From Bugula neritina (lineage: Eukaryota > Animalia > Bryozoa): 64,000 nucleotides of DNA. Within the stretch, counting starts at the first letter, position 1, and the number at the start of each line of letters is the position of its first letter. Below the pieces are notes generated by a model. The model was not told the DNA's origin, did no database searches, and saw only the letters and a list, made by a program, of their open reading frames with translations. Shown piece by piece: positions 1-12,500 of this stretch. The translations under genes were made by a program, and so were the position numbers. The stretch spans positions 10,572,741 to 10,636,740 of the forward strand of contig OZ037768.1 in the NCBI GenBank assembly GCA_964035545.1, in the 5' to 3' direction.

Positions 1-559
1 AAGTAACTGCAAGTCGTAAGACTAACTCCAACTGTAGAGTTGTCCTTTAAAAGATAATTGTAAACTGACTTTTAAATCAAGAAAAACTATACTGAGAAGC
101 CTAAATTTCTTATTTTCTTGGTTGTAGATTACTATTAGTAGTATTACTGATAGATAATGCTTTAAGTTTAAGCTACAACCATAACGCCTAATGATAAGGT
201 CAGACCAAGAAGACCGCAAAACCTGAATTGTAATTTTTTTTCTTTCATATAGCTGACGGGTCCACTTTTTAGTTTTGTATTTTTCGTATTCCGTACTTTA
301 ATTGGATCCGTATATTTTAGTTTTGGGTAGGCTAATCTCGATTGGATGTTGAATTTATAGCTTGGGTTTTATAATCTATTTAGATGTAGGCACCCCTCAA
401 TCTCCCCATCCAAACATAAATAGCAATATTAACATTGTGTAGGATAAGGAACTAATATGTGAATTCCCCCAGTTAGCACTCAGACTCTTGCAAGAATTCA
501 TTTTAAGCTTCCACTTTTTGTTTTAGTTAGATGATTTCTAGTTTTGTACCAAGTTTAAT

Positions 560-3500
560 ATGAATATAAACATCTCAGGCTTACTGAGAGCAGAAATCAA
601 CGCTTTTAATCGAGATATTAGCAGAATTAGACAGGTTCTCACAGATACAACTGAACTTTTTGATGAAATCGACACAGCTACTCAGATTAGTGGAGGTGTG
701 TAAACAATAACATCAGCATGTGTTTCTACTTTCTTTTGTTTGAACTGGGGCTGGTGTAACTTTATGAGAAAAATCTGTTGCACTAGATTTATATACATTT
801 TGCTTCTTATGAAATTTGAATAGAATAATTAAAAGGATTACCAATTTAAGTTACTATTATTATTAAATTGTTATTAAATTTTTATTTGATACAGTTTATG
901 CTTATACTATATACTATATACTATAACTATTACTTGAAGTTTATGTATTATAAATCTGTTATACTTTTAGTATTTTACTTTATCGATGCTATTAATTATA
1001 AGATTAACAATAAATTTAAGTTTAATTTCCAGTAAATGATTAATAATTTTAAACTATAAGTACTATAGGCTAACTATAAAATTAAGTATTAACTTAAATG
1101 AAAATCTGTTTATAAAATAATTCACTAGTGATGAACTATAACTAACAACATTGAGTGAGTCTATCACATTAGCCAATAATATTATTATTGCCGATGTGGT
1201 TGAATAAAGTTGGTGCTAACTTATGGTTTTGTTATAGGTGTTCATGCACAGACCTTCGTATATTGATAGGTTATTGCTGTTAATACACATGGTTTCTGAA
1301 ATGTCCATCTATCAAAGAACCTCTAATTGGTTAAGGATTTTGTTTCTAACTAATGAGGACTCTTGAAATAGCACAGCACTAATACTATCTAAATACCATT
1401 ATCATTAATCCTGCTGCGATATCCCATATCTCATACTAGACAGTCATGTTAACTCTGCTTGTCCTAAATTGGTGCTGGTAACAATTAGTGAGTGAATTCT
1501 CACACTGCTGGTGATATTCAAAGACATACTGTACAAATGCACTATTGAATTTTATTCTTCCATTTTCACTTTTTCATATTATTTCTCTGGTTTACTTTAG
1601 TGCATCTCTCTGGGGAATCTTTTAATGAAGAAGATGATTTAAGAGCCCTGATAAACTGTCCACCTTCTCTTGTAATCTTGGGTGAATCACAGGCTGCCAA
1701 AGCAGCTTTAGTCAACAAACTCTTCAACGAACCAATATACCCAGACATATCTGCCGAGGAGTGTGAGGTGTCAGGCTGGAGGACCGTTCGGTATGTCAGC
1801 TCAAGTTCTCAAGTCATGTCAAGTTCTCGAGTTCTCAAGTTATGTCAAGTTCTCGAGTTCTCAAGTCATGTCAAGTTCTCGAGTTTTCAAGTCATGTCCA
1901 ATTTTCCAGTTATGTCAAATTCTCAAGCTGTGTCTAATTCTCAAGTTCTTGTCAAATTATCTGTGCTGTTGTCAAGTCCTATTTTATTTACATATAAATG
2001 TTGAGAATGTAAATTATAATATTTAGTTGCATGTATTCGAATTTATCATTGGAAATTTTATTTTGGAACAGTCGATAAAATTTTGAATTTTTACACTGTT
2101 TTAGAAATTCTCGGAATATTCTATTTGTGTCTTGTTGAGGTAGAAATGTTGAAAGATTAGAAATAGATCTAGTATCAGACTGACAGTTGCATGCCCTCTG
2201 CATAGTAATTTATAATCTGAAATGTAAACACATCCTCTGTTTGTACTGGCAGATTTCGCTATGGTAGACTACAAACCGTAGGCCTGACCTTGCCTGATCA
2301 GTACGAGTTAGTTGATAATCTGGTGGCGTATAACAGACCTTGGAAAACTTTACCTCTCGAAGATATCAAAGTGAGAGTTAATAGTGCCGGCGCTGTTGAA
2401 GAGGATTCTAATGCTGTTCTAGGTATATTATTTGCTTTGCAAATGTATCTAATCCTTCTCATTGTGTTCAATGATTTGATTCAAAGTTCATTTTTGATAG
2501 TGTTGAGCGATAAAGTGTTCACTACTCAATTGAATATTATGCATATAAACTTTATTCTTAAACCAAGAAGTCAAGCAATTTTTTTCCTACATAGCGTTTT
2601 CTGGATAATACTAGTAGCATTGCTTTTCCTAAAACCTTTATTTTATCACACTACACTTGCATGATTTTATTTGAATTTATCTAATTTGTGTGGGTGAAGA
2701 GTTCTGGAATTTTTTTGCTATACTCTCTTGGAATTTCCCTGTTTTTTGCACTGGAAATGTGTAACAGAATATTACTTCTCATTTTGATAAGGATTTTTGT
2801 TCCTTGTTGACATTCGACCTCTTGTTTTAGATGTACAGCTGAGTAATGGTCTACTTAAAGAGGGCTTGCAGTTGCTGGTCACCCCGTCTACCAATGCCAT
2901 GAGCTTCGTTAATATGGTGAAGTCATGTACGGAAGATGTGCTCTTTGTCTGCTTATATGCAATATCCTCTCTTCAACTCTCAGATGAGGTGTGTTTTCGA
3001 CTGTTTTTAAAACTTAATCATAAACATCTGCAATGCTAGTTTCATACTTTCAACATGAAAAAGGCTAATCATTCTTTGTGAAAAGTAACCTTTAATGTTG
3101 ATAGTTGATTTGCTTCTTATTGTCAAATACTACAAGAATTGATGTTCAAAAAACTAAGAAATATCATTTAAAAGTTTGAGTCTGGCGAAGCATCTGTTTT
3201 AATCATATACATGTATGCATGTTTAATAGCCACTTGCCATTCAACAATGTCATATTTCTGTCAACTAACTACTTGTAACATTGCAAGGCAGTCGTTTGCC
3301 TTCCAAGTAGTAGCAGGTTATTAGGACATGCTGGGCATGAGGGACTTGTCATCAGTTTGTTTGTCAGATCAAGTGAACTCTCCATGGACTTTTTGATTAT
3401 GTGGAAAGTATAGTATAAGTTGCACATTTAAAGAGAAGTGTTTTGGATGTTTCTGTTGTCAAGATAAAGCCATATAGAAACTATCAAACATCAAAAAAAG

Positions 3501-6500
3501 CAAAAAAGTTGTATTTGCAAAGATTTAAATACTGGGGATAGTGATGGTTGATGTAATATAGAATACTTTAAGACACAATAGCTATTGTATGTCCCCCCAT
3601 ATGTAGCCTGGTATGTTGTGAGTCAGAGTGACTCATAGTTGATGGTGTAGCAGGAAAAATTTCTCTCCACATGTTTCCTGCGGTCCAGGGCACTAGATCA
3701 GTTGTGTGACATAACTTCCCTCCACCCTGCCCTGCCTTTACAACTTCCTTGTGGAAAAACTACGATATGTCAAATGAATCATAATGTATTTTGTGATGTA
3801 ATATTCCGCTGATTTCATGTTAAAAAGTGTGTCTAATAGAAGCTGCTATGGAGGTTTTAATACAACACTTTAGGGTCTCCAAGTGTTTTATTACTTTCAA
3901 CTGTAACTTTTCTATCTCCTATCATGTTGAAGCCTACAAAAGTAATATGGATTTTGCATTTCACGCTAGTATAATATATTATCAACTGTATAATAAGCTG
4001 AGAATGCAACAACTGAATATTACTAATTAGATATAAGATATATAATGAATAGTATCAGATGTGATGTGGTGTATAAGGGGGTAATCATTGAGAAAGCTGT
4101 AGTTTTACATAGATTGTCTTTGCTAATCTTGCTATTCAAACAGGAAGCTTATTCTACTAGTTATAGATTATTGTATACATTAGTAAAAAAAGGAACATAT
4201 ACATAATAACAGAGCAGTAGCGTAAATTATTCAATTCTTTTGGTCTAATTGAGTCTGGAGAAATCAAAGAAAATGCTCTTATCACAGCATAGAATCATTA
4301 CCAAGTAGACAATAGTATAATTATTATATTATGGATTATTAATTATTTCTGGTGGTTTCTTGGATCTCCAGCAGGAAGGCTGTGCCTTTTATACCAAAAG
4401 CTGTTGACTGCACAATACTGAAGTCTCAAGAATTCAACTGATCTGTTTAACTTGCTAAACAATTCTTTTATATCAAATACTATTGGCCACTGCTACAAGA
4501 TTCTATAGTACCATCTGTGGGGGGGGGGGGTGGAGGTTGTAATATTGCAAGTCTACTTGAAACATAGCAACTTTTTCTTCTGGTGCACCTTCTATTTACA
4601 CATGGCATAGTTATTGCCTGGCTGATGTATTTGTCAATATTCTTTATCCCCACACGCACTGTGCTATCTTACTTACTTTGCCCGCCATAGGCCTACTTAT
4701 TTTTTATAATGCTTACTCTCAACTGCTTTGTGATCTTTGAAATTGTTTGCACTTTGGCTACCTGTAGCTTACTTTGCTAGTTTAGGGGACATTTTATAAG
4801 GGATTCTAAGTCAAGTGTTGGCTGTACATATGGAGATGAAAGGGTGACTACATCTGTTTACTTCTACTGATCATAAGCCAGCCATGTTAGAGAAGTGTCT
4901 TGTCTATGTGATGTTGAAATAACTCTGTCTGGCAGCCATGATCAATGACTCATAATGTTATGATGAGTCACTCGGGCTGCCGGTCATCGACTGTAGTTGC
5001 TAAGCTGATAAGCTACTCCCTCTGTTGGATAGTATAGTCTACAAGTACACATTGCCCACTGACATGCACTAGTTGCGTGTCTTTGACCCACAAGCTTGTA
5101 TCAAGTGTTGTAAAGTTCAAACTATAAGGCAGTATCTGCCTTTTATTAAGGGGATAAGTGTCTTGCATTGCTACTATACAGTTTCCAATCTGTACAGTAC
5201 TCAGGTTAAGCAGGATTTCAGGGTGTGCAGTGCTCCCTCCATATCTTACTAAGCTACGGGTCTGGAACCCCAATTTGTAACATAGTAGAATACCAGATTA
5301 ACTCATGGCTCCGTTGAACTCGGCCAGTTTGTCAATATACACACATGCATAAGTCACAAGACGGGGTTCAAGCCCTTCTTGTGACTTATGGAGTTTTGTG
5401 AGAAATGGATAGTGAGATATGGAGGTAGCACTGTATTATAACATTACCAGATAGAAATAAGGAAGAACAAAGAGCAGCCGTGGTCTAGGGTTAAGTCGTT
5501 TGGCCTAGCAAACATGAAGTCATGGGCTCGAATCCCAGTAAAAGGCCATTGGTGATGTTAGGAAGAGCATTCAGTCATAATTGCTCCTGTGCCACATAAT
5601 CACATGAATAAGTCCTTGGCCAGCTTAAAAAGCTCCTTTTCATTAGGAGTTTCTCACAGGGATGGTGACTATAAACTTGGGTGAGTTTTTTTGGACAGAA
5701 ATAACCGAGTCTTCCTATTCATAGAAATGCCAGTCTTACTCAGATAATGAACTGCTTTAGGAGGTAAATCAGCTCTCTGAACTGGAAGACAATAACCTCA
5801 CTATTCCAATGCTGTTTGTGAACGTTGGTGAGAAGGATGCTGCCGTTTCACCTGCTGACAAGAAGCCATCAACACTAACTAGGCTTGGTCTGTATGAACA
5901 GCTGGGTGAGTTATCAGATATTCTATACTTGTTTATTATCAACACTATGGTTTGTTGTTTGTATTGCAAGGATATAAGATGGCCATGATAAAAATATTAT
6001 GTAGCAGATAATTGTCATTATCTGTATCAACTGATTCTGCTTTTCACTGTTGTTGACCTGAGTTGGTTTTCTATAGCTTTATCAAGTTCATTCACATGTT
6101 ATTGATGTTTTGTTAAAGACATGGGTGTAACCTACCAGGCCGTAAACACTGAAATTCCATTGCCAATGCTGTGCTTGTTTTAGCTCGAATCGGCTTCAGC
6201 ACTTCAGTGTTGAACTGTGGCACTCGGGTTGCTGGAAACGTAAATGGTGAGAGTCTGAATACAGTGGTGGAGTGTGATGTGGTTGAAGACAACTCCCAGT
6301 TGCCTCAGAAATTATGTGACTTTCTACAAGCGTGTCTCAGAAGTGATCAAGTTCGAATGGCAACTATACTCCACCTCGTTCACAAACGGTCATTACATTG
6401 ATACAAATATTGAAATAGTTATACAGCAGTGTTTTATCATGATATATGATTAGAATATTGTAATAAATGATGTAATTTTTCTTGCTCATTTACACCTACT

Positions 6501-9500
6501 ATAAGTTAGAGATAATAGTACATAATGCCCTGTCCTGTGTGTTTAGGGTGTAGAAATCTGTTGAGGTTCAAAAGTCATTCTATATACAGGAAACAGTGAA
6601 AAATGAGTTTTTAAGAAACTACTTTTAATAGAAAACGGAAAATTTAGTAATTTTTACGCAGAAAACTTGGTCAGGTTTTAATAAGCTATATTTTTTTGTA
6701 AGATTCAATTGTCTAATGTAGCATTTTTATTAACTTATTAACATCTCAGCTTAAAAGCTGTGTTTCAAAATTTTACAACTAGAATCCTCAACCAACTATG
6801 GTATGTCTAAATGTCTGGTATAATTTATACAGGAGCTTGAATAACTTCATCATGAGAGCTTTTGATATGCAAAGAGATATGATGATCACACCACGGAGGT
6901 TAGAGTTTGCTCGGACAAAAGAACAGGAACTTTTTGATACTTTGATGAGATTAGCCTTAGAAAAACAGGAAGAAATAAAAAATCTGGTGTCCCAGTCTAT
7001 CAAATCTGCCAGAAAGACAATTGTTAGCCTCGTCTCTCAGTATGATTTCATTGGTGAGCATATATATTTACTATACAATAATGGAATAAATTCAATGCTA
7101 TATAAAAATATTCAATACAAACAATTATCATATAATGTATGTAGGTTCAAGTATACATGCAATGTAGATATATGCTGTTTTATATTCAAGATAAATATTA
7201 TATGTGCGCGTAAAATTCTAAACTTTGGTTATTTTCAGGAGTGAATATTAGTGACGCTCTGCATGTATCAACTGCACGTGATCTTCGAATATGTAACGGG
7301 CAAATCAGAGAGTTGGTGATTGGTCGGTTGAACCAGGAAATAGCTGGAAAACTTGTGGAATCTGTCAATATACTCAGAGAATCATATATAGGTATAGAGT
7401 ATAGTTTATACTTACATGTGATCTCTTTATATGATGTTATACTCCATTACACCTATGGTAATTGTCTTACCTTGAAACCTTGAATAATTAGTTTTCTCTA
7501 GTTTTTCCCTTGCGTGACTAACCCGACTATAGCCCTGGTTAGCTCTGACTCACCTTAAAAGACACTGGTTTACCATAAATAACCTTGACCAGGGCACACT
7601 AAATGTTCAACTGTTGTCAGTGTGTTTAACTGATGTGTTTATGAAGCTAAAAGCAAACTCAACGAATCTGTTGTCTAATGACATGATGTTCGCTTTCTTT
7701 CATCAGTCAAGTTTTGCTATACTTGCAGGAACTCTTACTCGGTGTATAGACAGTCTGGAGCAGCAGGATCATAGTATACTAGGTAATGGAAAATCTCTTA
7801 AAGAAAACCACGCTGCCACGTCAGCGCTGCGCCAAATTCTCAAGGCTGCCTACCAGGTCAATGTGCAGATCACTCCAGGGAACACATTCTTGAGAAACTT
7901 TGTAGATAAGATGAAGCAGGTACTGCTGTGTGTCTGCTTTATAATATAATACTTTAATAGTAGCTCTTTGGAGTTGTCAACTCAATCAGTATTTCACTCA
8001 TTTTGTTGACTAGTCGATAGCTTGAGTGTTATAAGTATGATTTACTTTCCCAATAAATCCTTCTCCTTCCTCAGCTAAATGCTCTTCCAACAATAAGTGT
8101 AGCTGCTTAACTTTCACTCATACTCTTACTATAAAGTTGATGAAGTATTTTTACATTTAATACCAATTTTCTGTTGTTGAGATGCTATTATTTTAGGTTG
8201 TAATTTGTATAGTGAGTGCATAAGTACCAAAATCTTGTGCAGCGCTGATTTATACCCATTTATGTATATCATTAGTTTCCTACAATGTGAAGGGGAGGGC
8301 AAATCCCACAATTGTCACTGTACCCAAATTGAGTTATGTAGTAGCATAATATGCACTTAGTCTCTGGTGTCTATCTAATGTGTAGCTGTTTACACACCTG
8401 CTTCCAGTAACACAGTTTATTCTGTTAATAGGTTTCAGTTACTGTAAGAAAACTTTGAATAAAGAATAAACACGCAATCTTTGTAAACTCTCCTTAATAC
8501 TAACATCTACACACTTTACCATTGTATTATGTTGCCTCTCTCTGAATCAGTATCTGCTACACAGTAAGATACTAGCAAGTTGAGTGTTTTGTTCCAGCTT
8601 ATCCAGTCTCTCCCATGGCACCCTCAACCAAAGATAGACAAAGCTTGGAAAGAGAAAGTAGCCAATGGCATGTTAGACAAGCTAAATGAAGCCAAGTAGG
8701 TGGCTGCTTGTAGTATATTAGTAACTCTCACCAGCTTAATTCAATGGTTATTGTATCACCCTATACTTGCAACTGTATATCTGTTGACATCAGCGTCACA
8801 ATGACACTAAGCTACCAGTGCCCTCATTTACTCTAAGAGTTTAATGTTAGTTGTAGGCTTGGTGTGTTGCATTGTAACCCATTAGTTTTCTACAATTTTC
8901 AATTTGTAGTCTTTTATTATTTACAAGTTTCAAACCAATATTCTATCTGTGTCTACGTGATACTACTTATCATATATTACTTATCATATATTACTTATCA
9001 CATAATACTCATCATATATTACTAGTCATATATTACTAGTCACATATTACTCATCATAGATTACTCACCATATATTACTCATCATACATTACTCATCATA
9101 TATTACTTATCACCACAATTATTATGTACAATGTACATGACTACAGGTTAGCTAAACATATCGGCGAGCAGTTCCGGGAGAAGTTGAAGCAGTCCCATGA
9201 TCACTTCACTCACGCTCTGAAGCAGCTCGAGTTGCATCATACAGGCCGGCTGGAGAAAGCAGAAGATCGACGACAGAAACTTCGGAAAATACACGCACCC
9301 AGAGTGGCTAAACTAGCAATGGAAAGCTCTAGTCTGAGAGACCTGATTATGCACGGTGAGTCGCGTGGTTTGGGTGGACTACGTCGCTCGTTTTTGAAAG
9401 CCATGCTATTTTATTTATTTTGCATTGGCTGCAGAGTGCGATTGATTTGAGAGCAAACGCGCATAGGAGGAAACCTTTTAAAATTCTCAAGCTTTAGTTG

Positions 9501-12500
9501 GCATCTCAATTAGGAAATACCAACATATGATATTTTAAAGAGATAAACGTTTCATTTTATTAGCACTTTGGCAGTGAAAAAGTGTCATAGCTGTAGAATA
9601 GTAGGTAAAGAATTTTTAATCTTTAGCAATGTTTTTGTTTTGGTGCAAAAAAGTTGGATATAGTTATCAAGAAAATGGATGAATGTGTCTTTAAATATAT
9701 CAGTTATTCTAAACAGAACTTAGTTGAGCTGCATTTCTGTTAGCTATTCATGAGTTTATGAAGCTGCATGAAATGCAGTTAATCAATTCCTTGCAGCCCA
9801 TTAAATATATATCCGACAAGTTGTTGTTTAGGGATGCCAATCTGTGATAGAGAAATAGGAAGAGGCCAATACGGGGTCGTCTACTCATGTGATAGTTGGG
9901 CTGACGTCAGGCCGTGCGCAATTAAGTCTGTTGTACCTCAAGATGAGAAGCATATGAATGACTTGGCACTCGAGTTCTACTATACCAAGTAAGTCTCAGT
10001 GGAGGTAAACTCATAATGTGAATGTTGCAATATATGCATTCATTAAGACAGAATGAAATATGAAGTAGAGTTGACTGAATTATAGTTTACAGCTGCTGTT
10101 TGAAGATTTGTCTTCTCGAGAGCACAGCGTACCATGGCCTGCCCTTTTAACATAGAAGAAAGTAATGATTTACAATAATATATATTCAATAAGTGTGCTA
10201 ATTCACGCCTGAAGCAACAGCAGACAATGATGCTGTACTTGTGTGTTGCAGAAATGTTCCAGAACATGATAGAATTGTGGCTTTGAAAGGTTCTGTGATA
10301 GATTACCAATATGGAGGAGGAGCAACTCCCGCTGTACTCATTATAATGGACCGACTACAGAGAGATTTCTACTCAGCTATAAAGACAGGGTTTTGCTGGA
10401 TGTCCAGGTATATAAGTATTATTACACACTTGTTTGGTTACCAATACAAGGACTTGTAACTATCTAGCAATATTCTCAACTTGTTGGCTTCTATTTAGAT
10501 AGTAGTGAAATCTCACATGGGCTGTGAAATGTTTAAAAAAAGTAATACATGAGGTCAATCAGATCTTTCTACAATTAAAACTTTGATAAATGAAATATTC
10601 TGAAAGCCCAACATTCAATAGATCAGCTAAAACACTTAACAAAACAAGGAAAGAATCTATTTGAATCTTTTCACATTCAAGTTATATTGTTTGTGTTTTA
10701 TATGTACTTTAATTTTGTTATTTATTTTGATGCTTGTAATGCTATATAATATCAACCCCTTCACCAACACAATCTGATTTCTGTCTCTCTTAGACTGCAG
10801 GTTTCGATAGATGTAGTCGAGGGAATCCGGTTCCTTCATAGTCAGGGTCTTGTGCACAGAGATATAAAGTTGAAGAATGTTTTGGTACGTGTCTAAACAT
10901 ACACCAATATAATATTGGGAAATTCATTATAAAAACTACCGAATCATGTTAATTGTAGTCCAACTCTGTTAGTGTGTAAATTCAGCACCCGTGTAGCCTA
11001 CAAATATTCTAATGGTGGATATTATTATATGATCCTGGATAGGGTTTGAAGTTTTAAAACTTGAGCAACTGGCAATATCTTTATTAAATAGATTTTGAAC
11101 TTGGCTGTGTTTAAACTTTAAACTGAGCTTTCAACTTCAATAAGCAAAAATATTTGTTTAGCTAAGCAAGGAGAATGGGAAGGACAGGGGTAAGATAACA
11201 GATCTGGGATTCTGTAAACCTGAGGCTATGATGTCTGGTAGTATAGTTGGTACTCCAATACACATGGCGCCTGAGCTCTTCAGTGGCTTCTATGACAACT
11301 CGGTTGATGTGTATGCCTTTGGTAAGTGTAGTGTGACATGTGTGGTAAGTGTAGTGTGACATGTGTGGTAAGTGTAGTGTGACATGTGTGGTAAGTGTAG
11401 TGTGACATGTATGGTAAGTGCAGTGTGACATGTGTGGTAAGTGTAGTGTGACATGTGTGGTAAGTGTAGTGTGACATGTGTGGTAAGTGTAGTGTGACAT
11501 GTATGGTAAGTGCAGTGTGACATGTGTGGTAAGTGTAGTGTGACATGTGTGGTAAGTGTAGTGTGACATGTGTGGTAAGTGTAGTGTGACATGTATGGTA
11601 AGTGCAGTGTGACATGTGTGGTAAGTGTAGTGTGACATGTGTAGTTAGTATGGTGTGGCATACTGTGGTGTGACATTATCAACTGCTCTTACATACCTCG
11701 TCTTTGGTTTAAAATGGTGTGAACAGGGATTTTTTCCAGCATATTTTATATGTACAATAAGGCTAAAATCATAAAAGTTTTTTATTATTTTAACTCTTTT
11801 TCTTCCCTTTATTTTATGATATTACAAGTACACTGTATTTAGTTATTGATTTATTTAGCATGTTAACTCATTAAATTTATAGTTGAAATGCTAAATTTAG
11901 AGTTGTCTTTCTCTCAGTTTTGATAGGCCAGCATTTGGCTCTGTTCTGCTTTTTTAGATGTGTCTTGGTAATTACAAAATTGAAATTATTGAAATAATGT
12001 TAACTATTTTAATCTTTTCAAAGTTACATGTCTGTTTAAGCACATGATTATCTATTATTACTAGAAAGTCTTTATCATTGCCGTTTGGTAGCAACTGGGC
12101 ACTAGATTTAATTACACCTATAGCATGTACTGCTTCACAATACTTATGCTATATTTATACTCTAACTACACTATACTAATACAATACCTGCACTACACCT
12201 ATGCTATACTATACTTATATTATACTAGTACTTATACATATACTATACAATACTTATACTATACAATACTTATACTATACAATACTTATACTATACAATA
12301 CATATACTATACAATACTTAAACTATACAATACTTACACTATACAATACTTATACTATACAATACTTACACTATACAATACTTACACTATACAATACTTA
12401 CACTATACAATACTTACACTATACAATACTCATACTATACAATACTTACGCTATACAATACTTATACTATACAATACTTACACTATATAATACTTATACT

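Noticed and set aside
4931-5010. Possible C/D snoRNA or SECIS (ATGATGA...CTGA; hairpin GGCAGCC..TGACTCAT/ATGAGTCA..GGCTGCC)
   Set aside because: C-to-D distance is only ~50 nt, with no terminal stem or recognisable guide. It is intronic, so not a SECIS context.
5472-5545. Possible tRNA gene (also 12696-12775)
   Set aside because: A/B boxes are present, but there is no intact cloverleaf and the sequence continues into a repeated SINE body.
11200-11215. DLG instead of DFG in the kinase activation segment
   Set aside because: DLG is the normal motif in the DSTYK family and is not evidence of a pseudokinase.
11162-11682. Three His/Thr-rich minus-strand ORFs ([22 protein letters not shown] repeats)
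   Set aside because: Translations of the 23-bp intronic minisatellite, antisense to a DSTYK exon.
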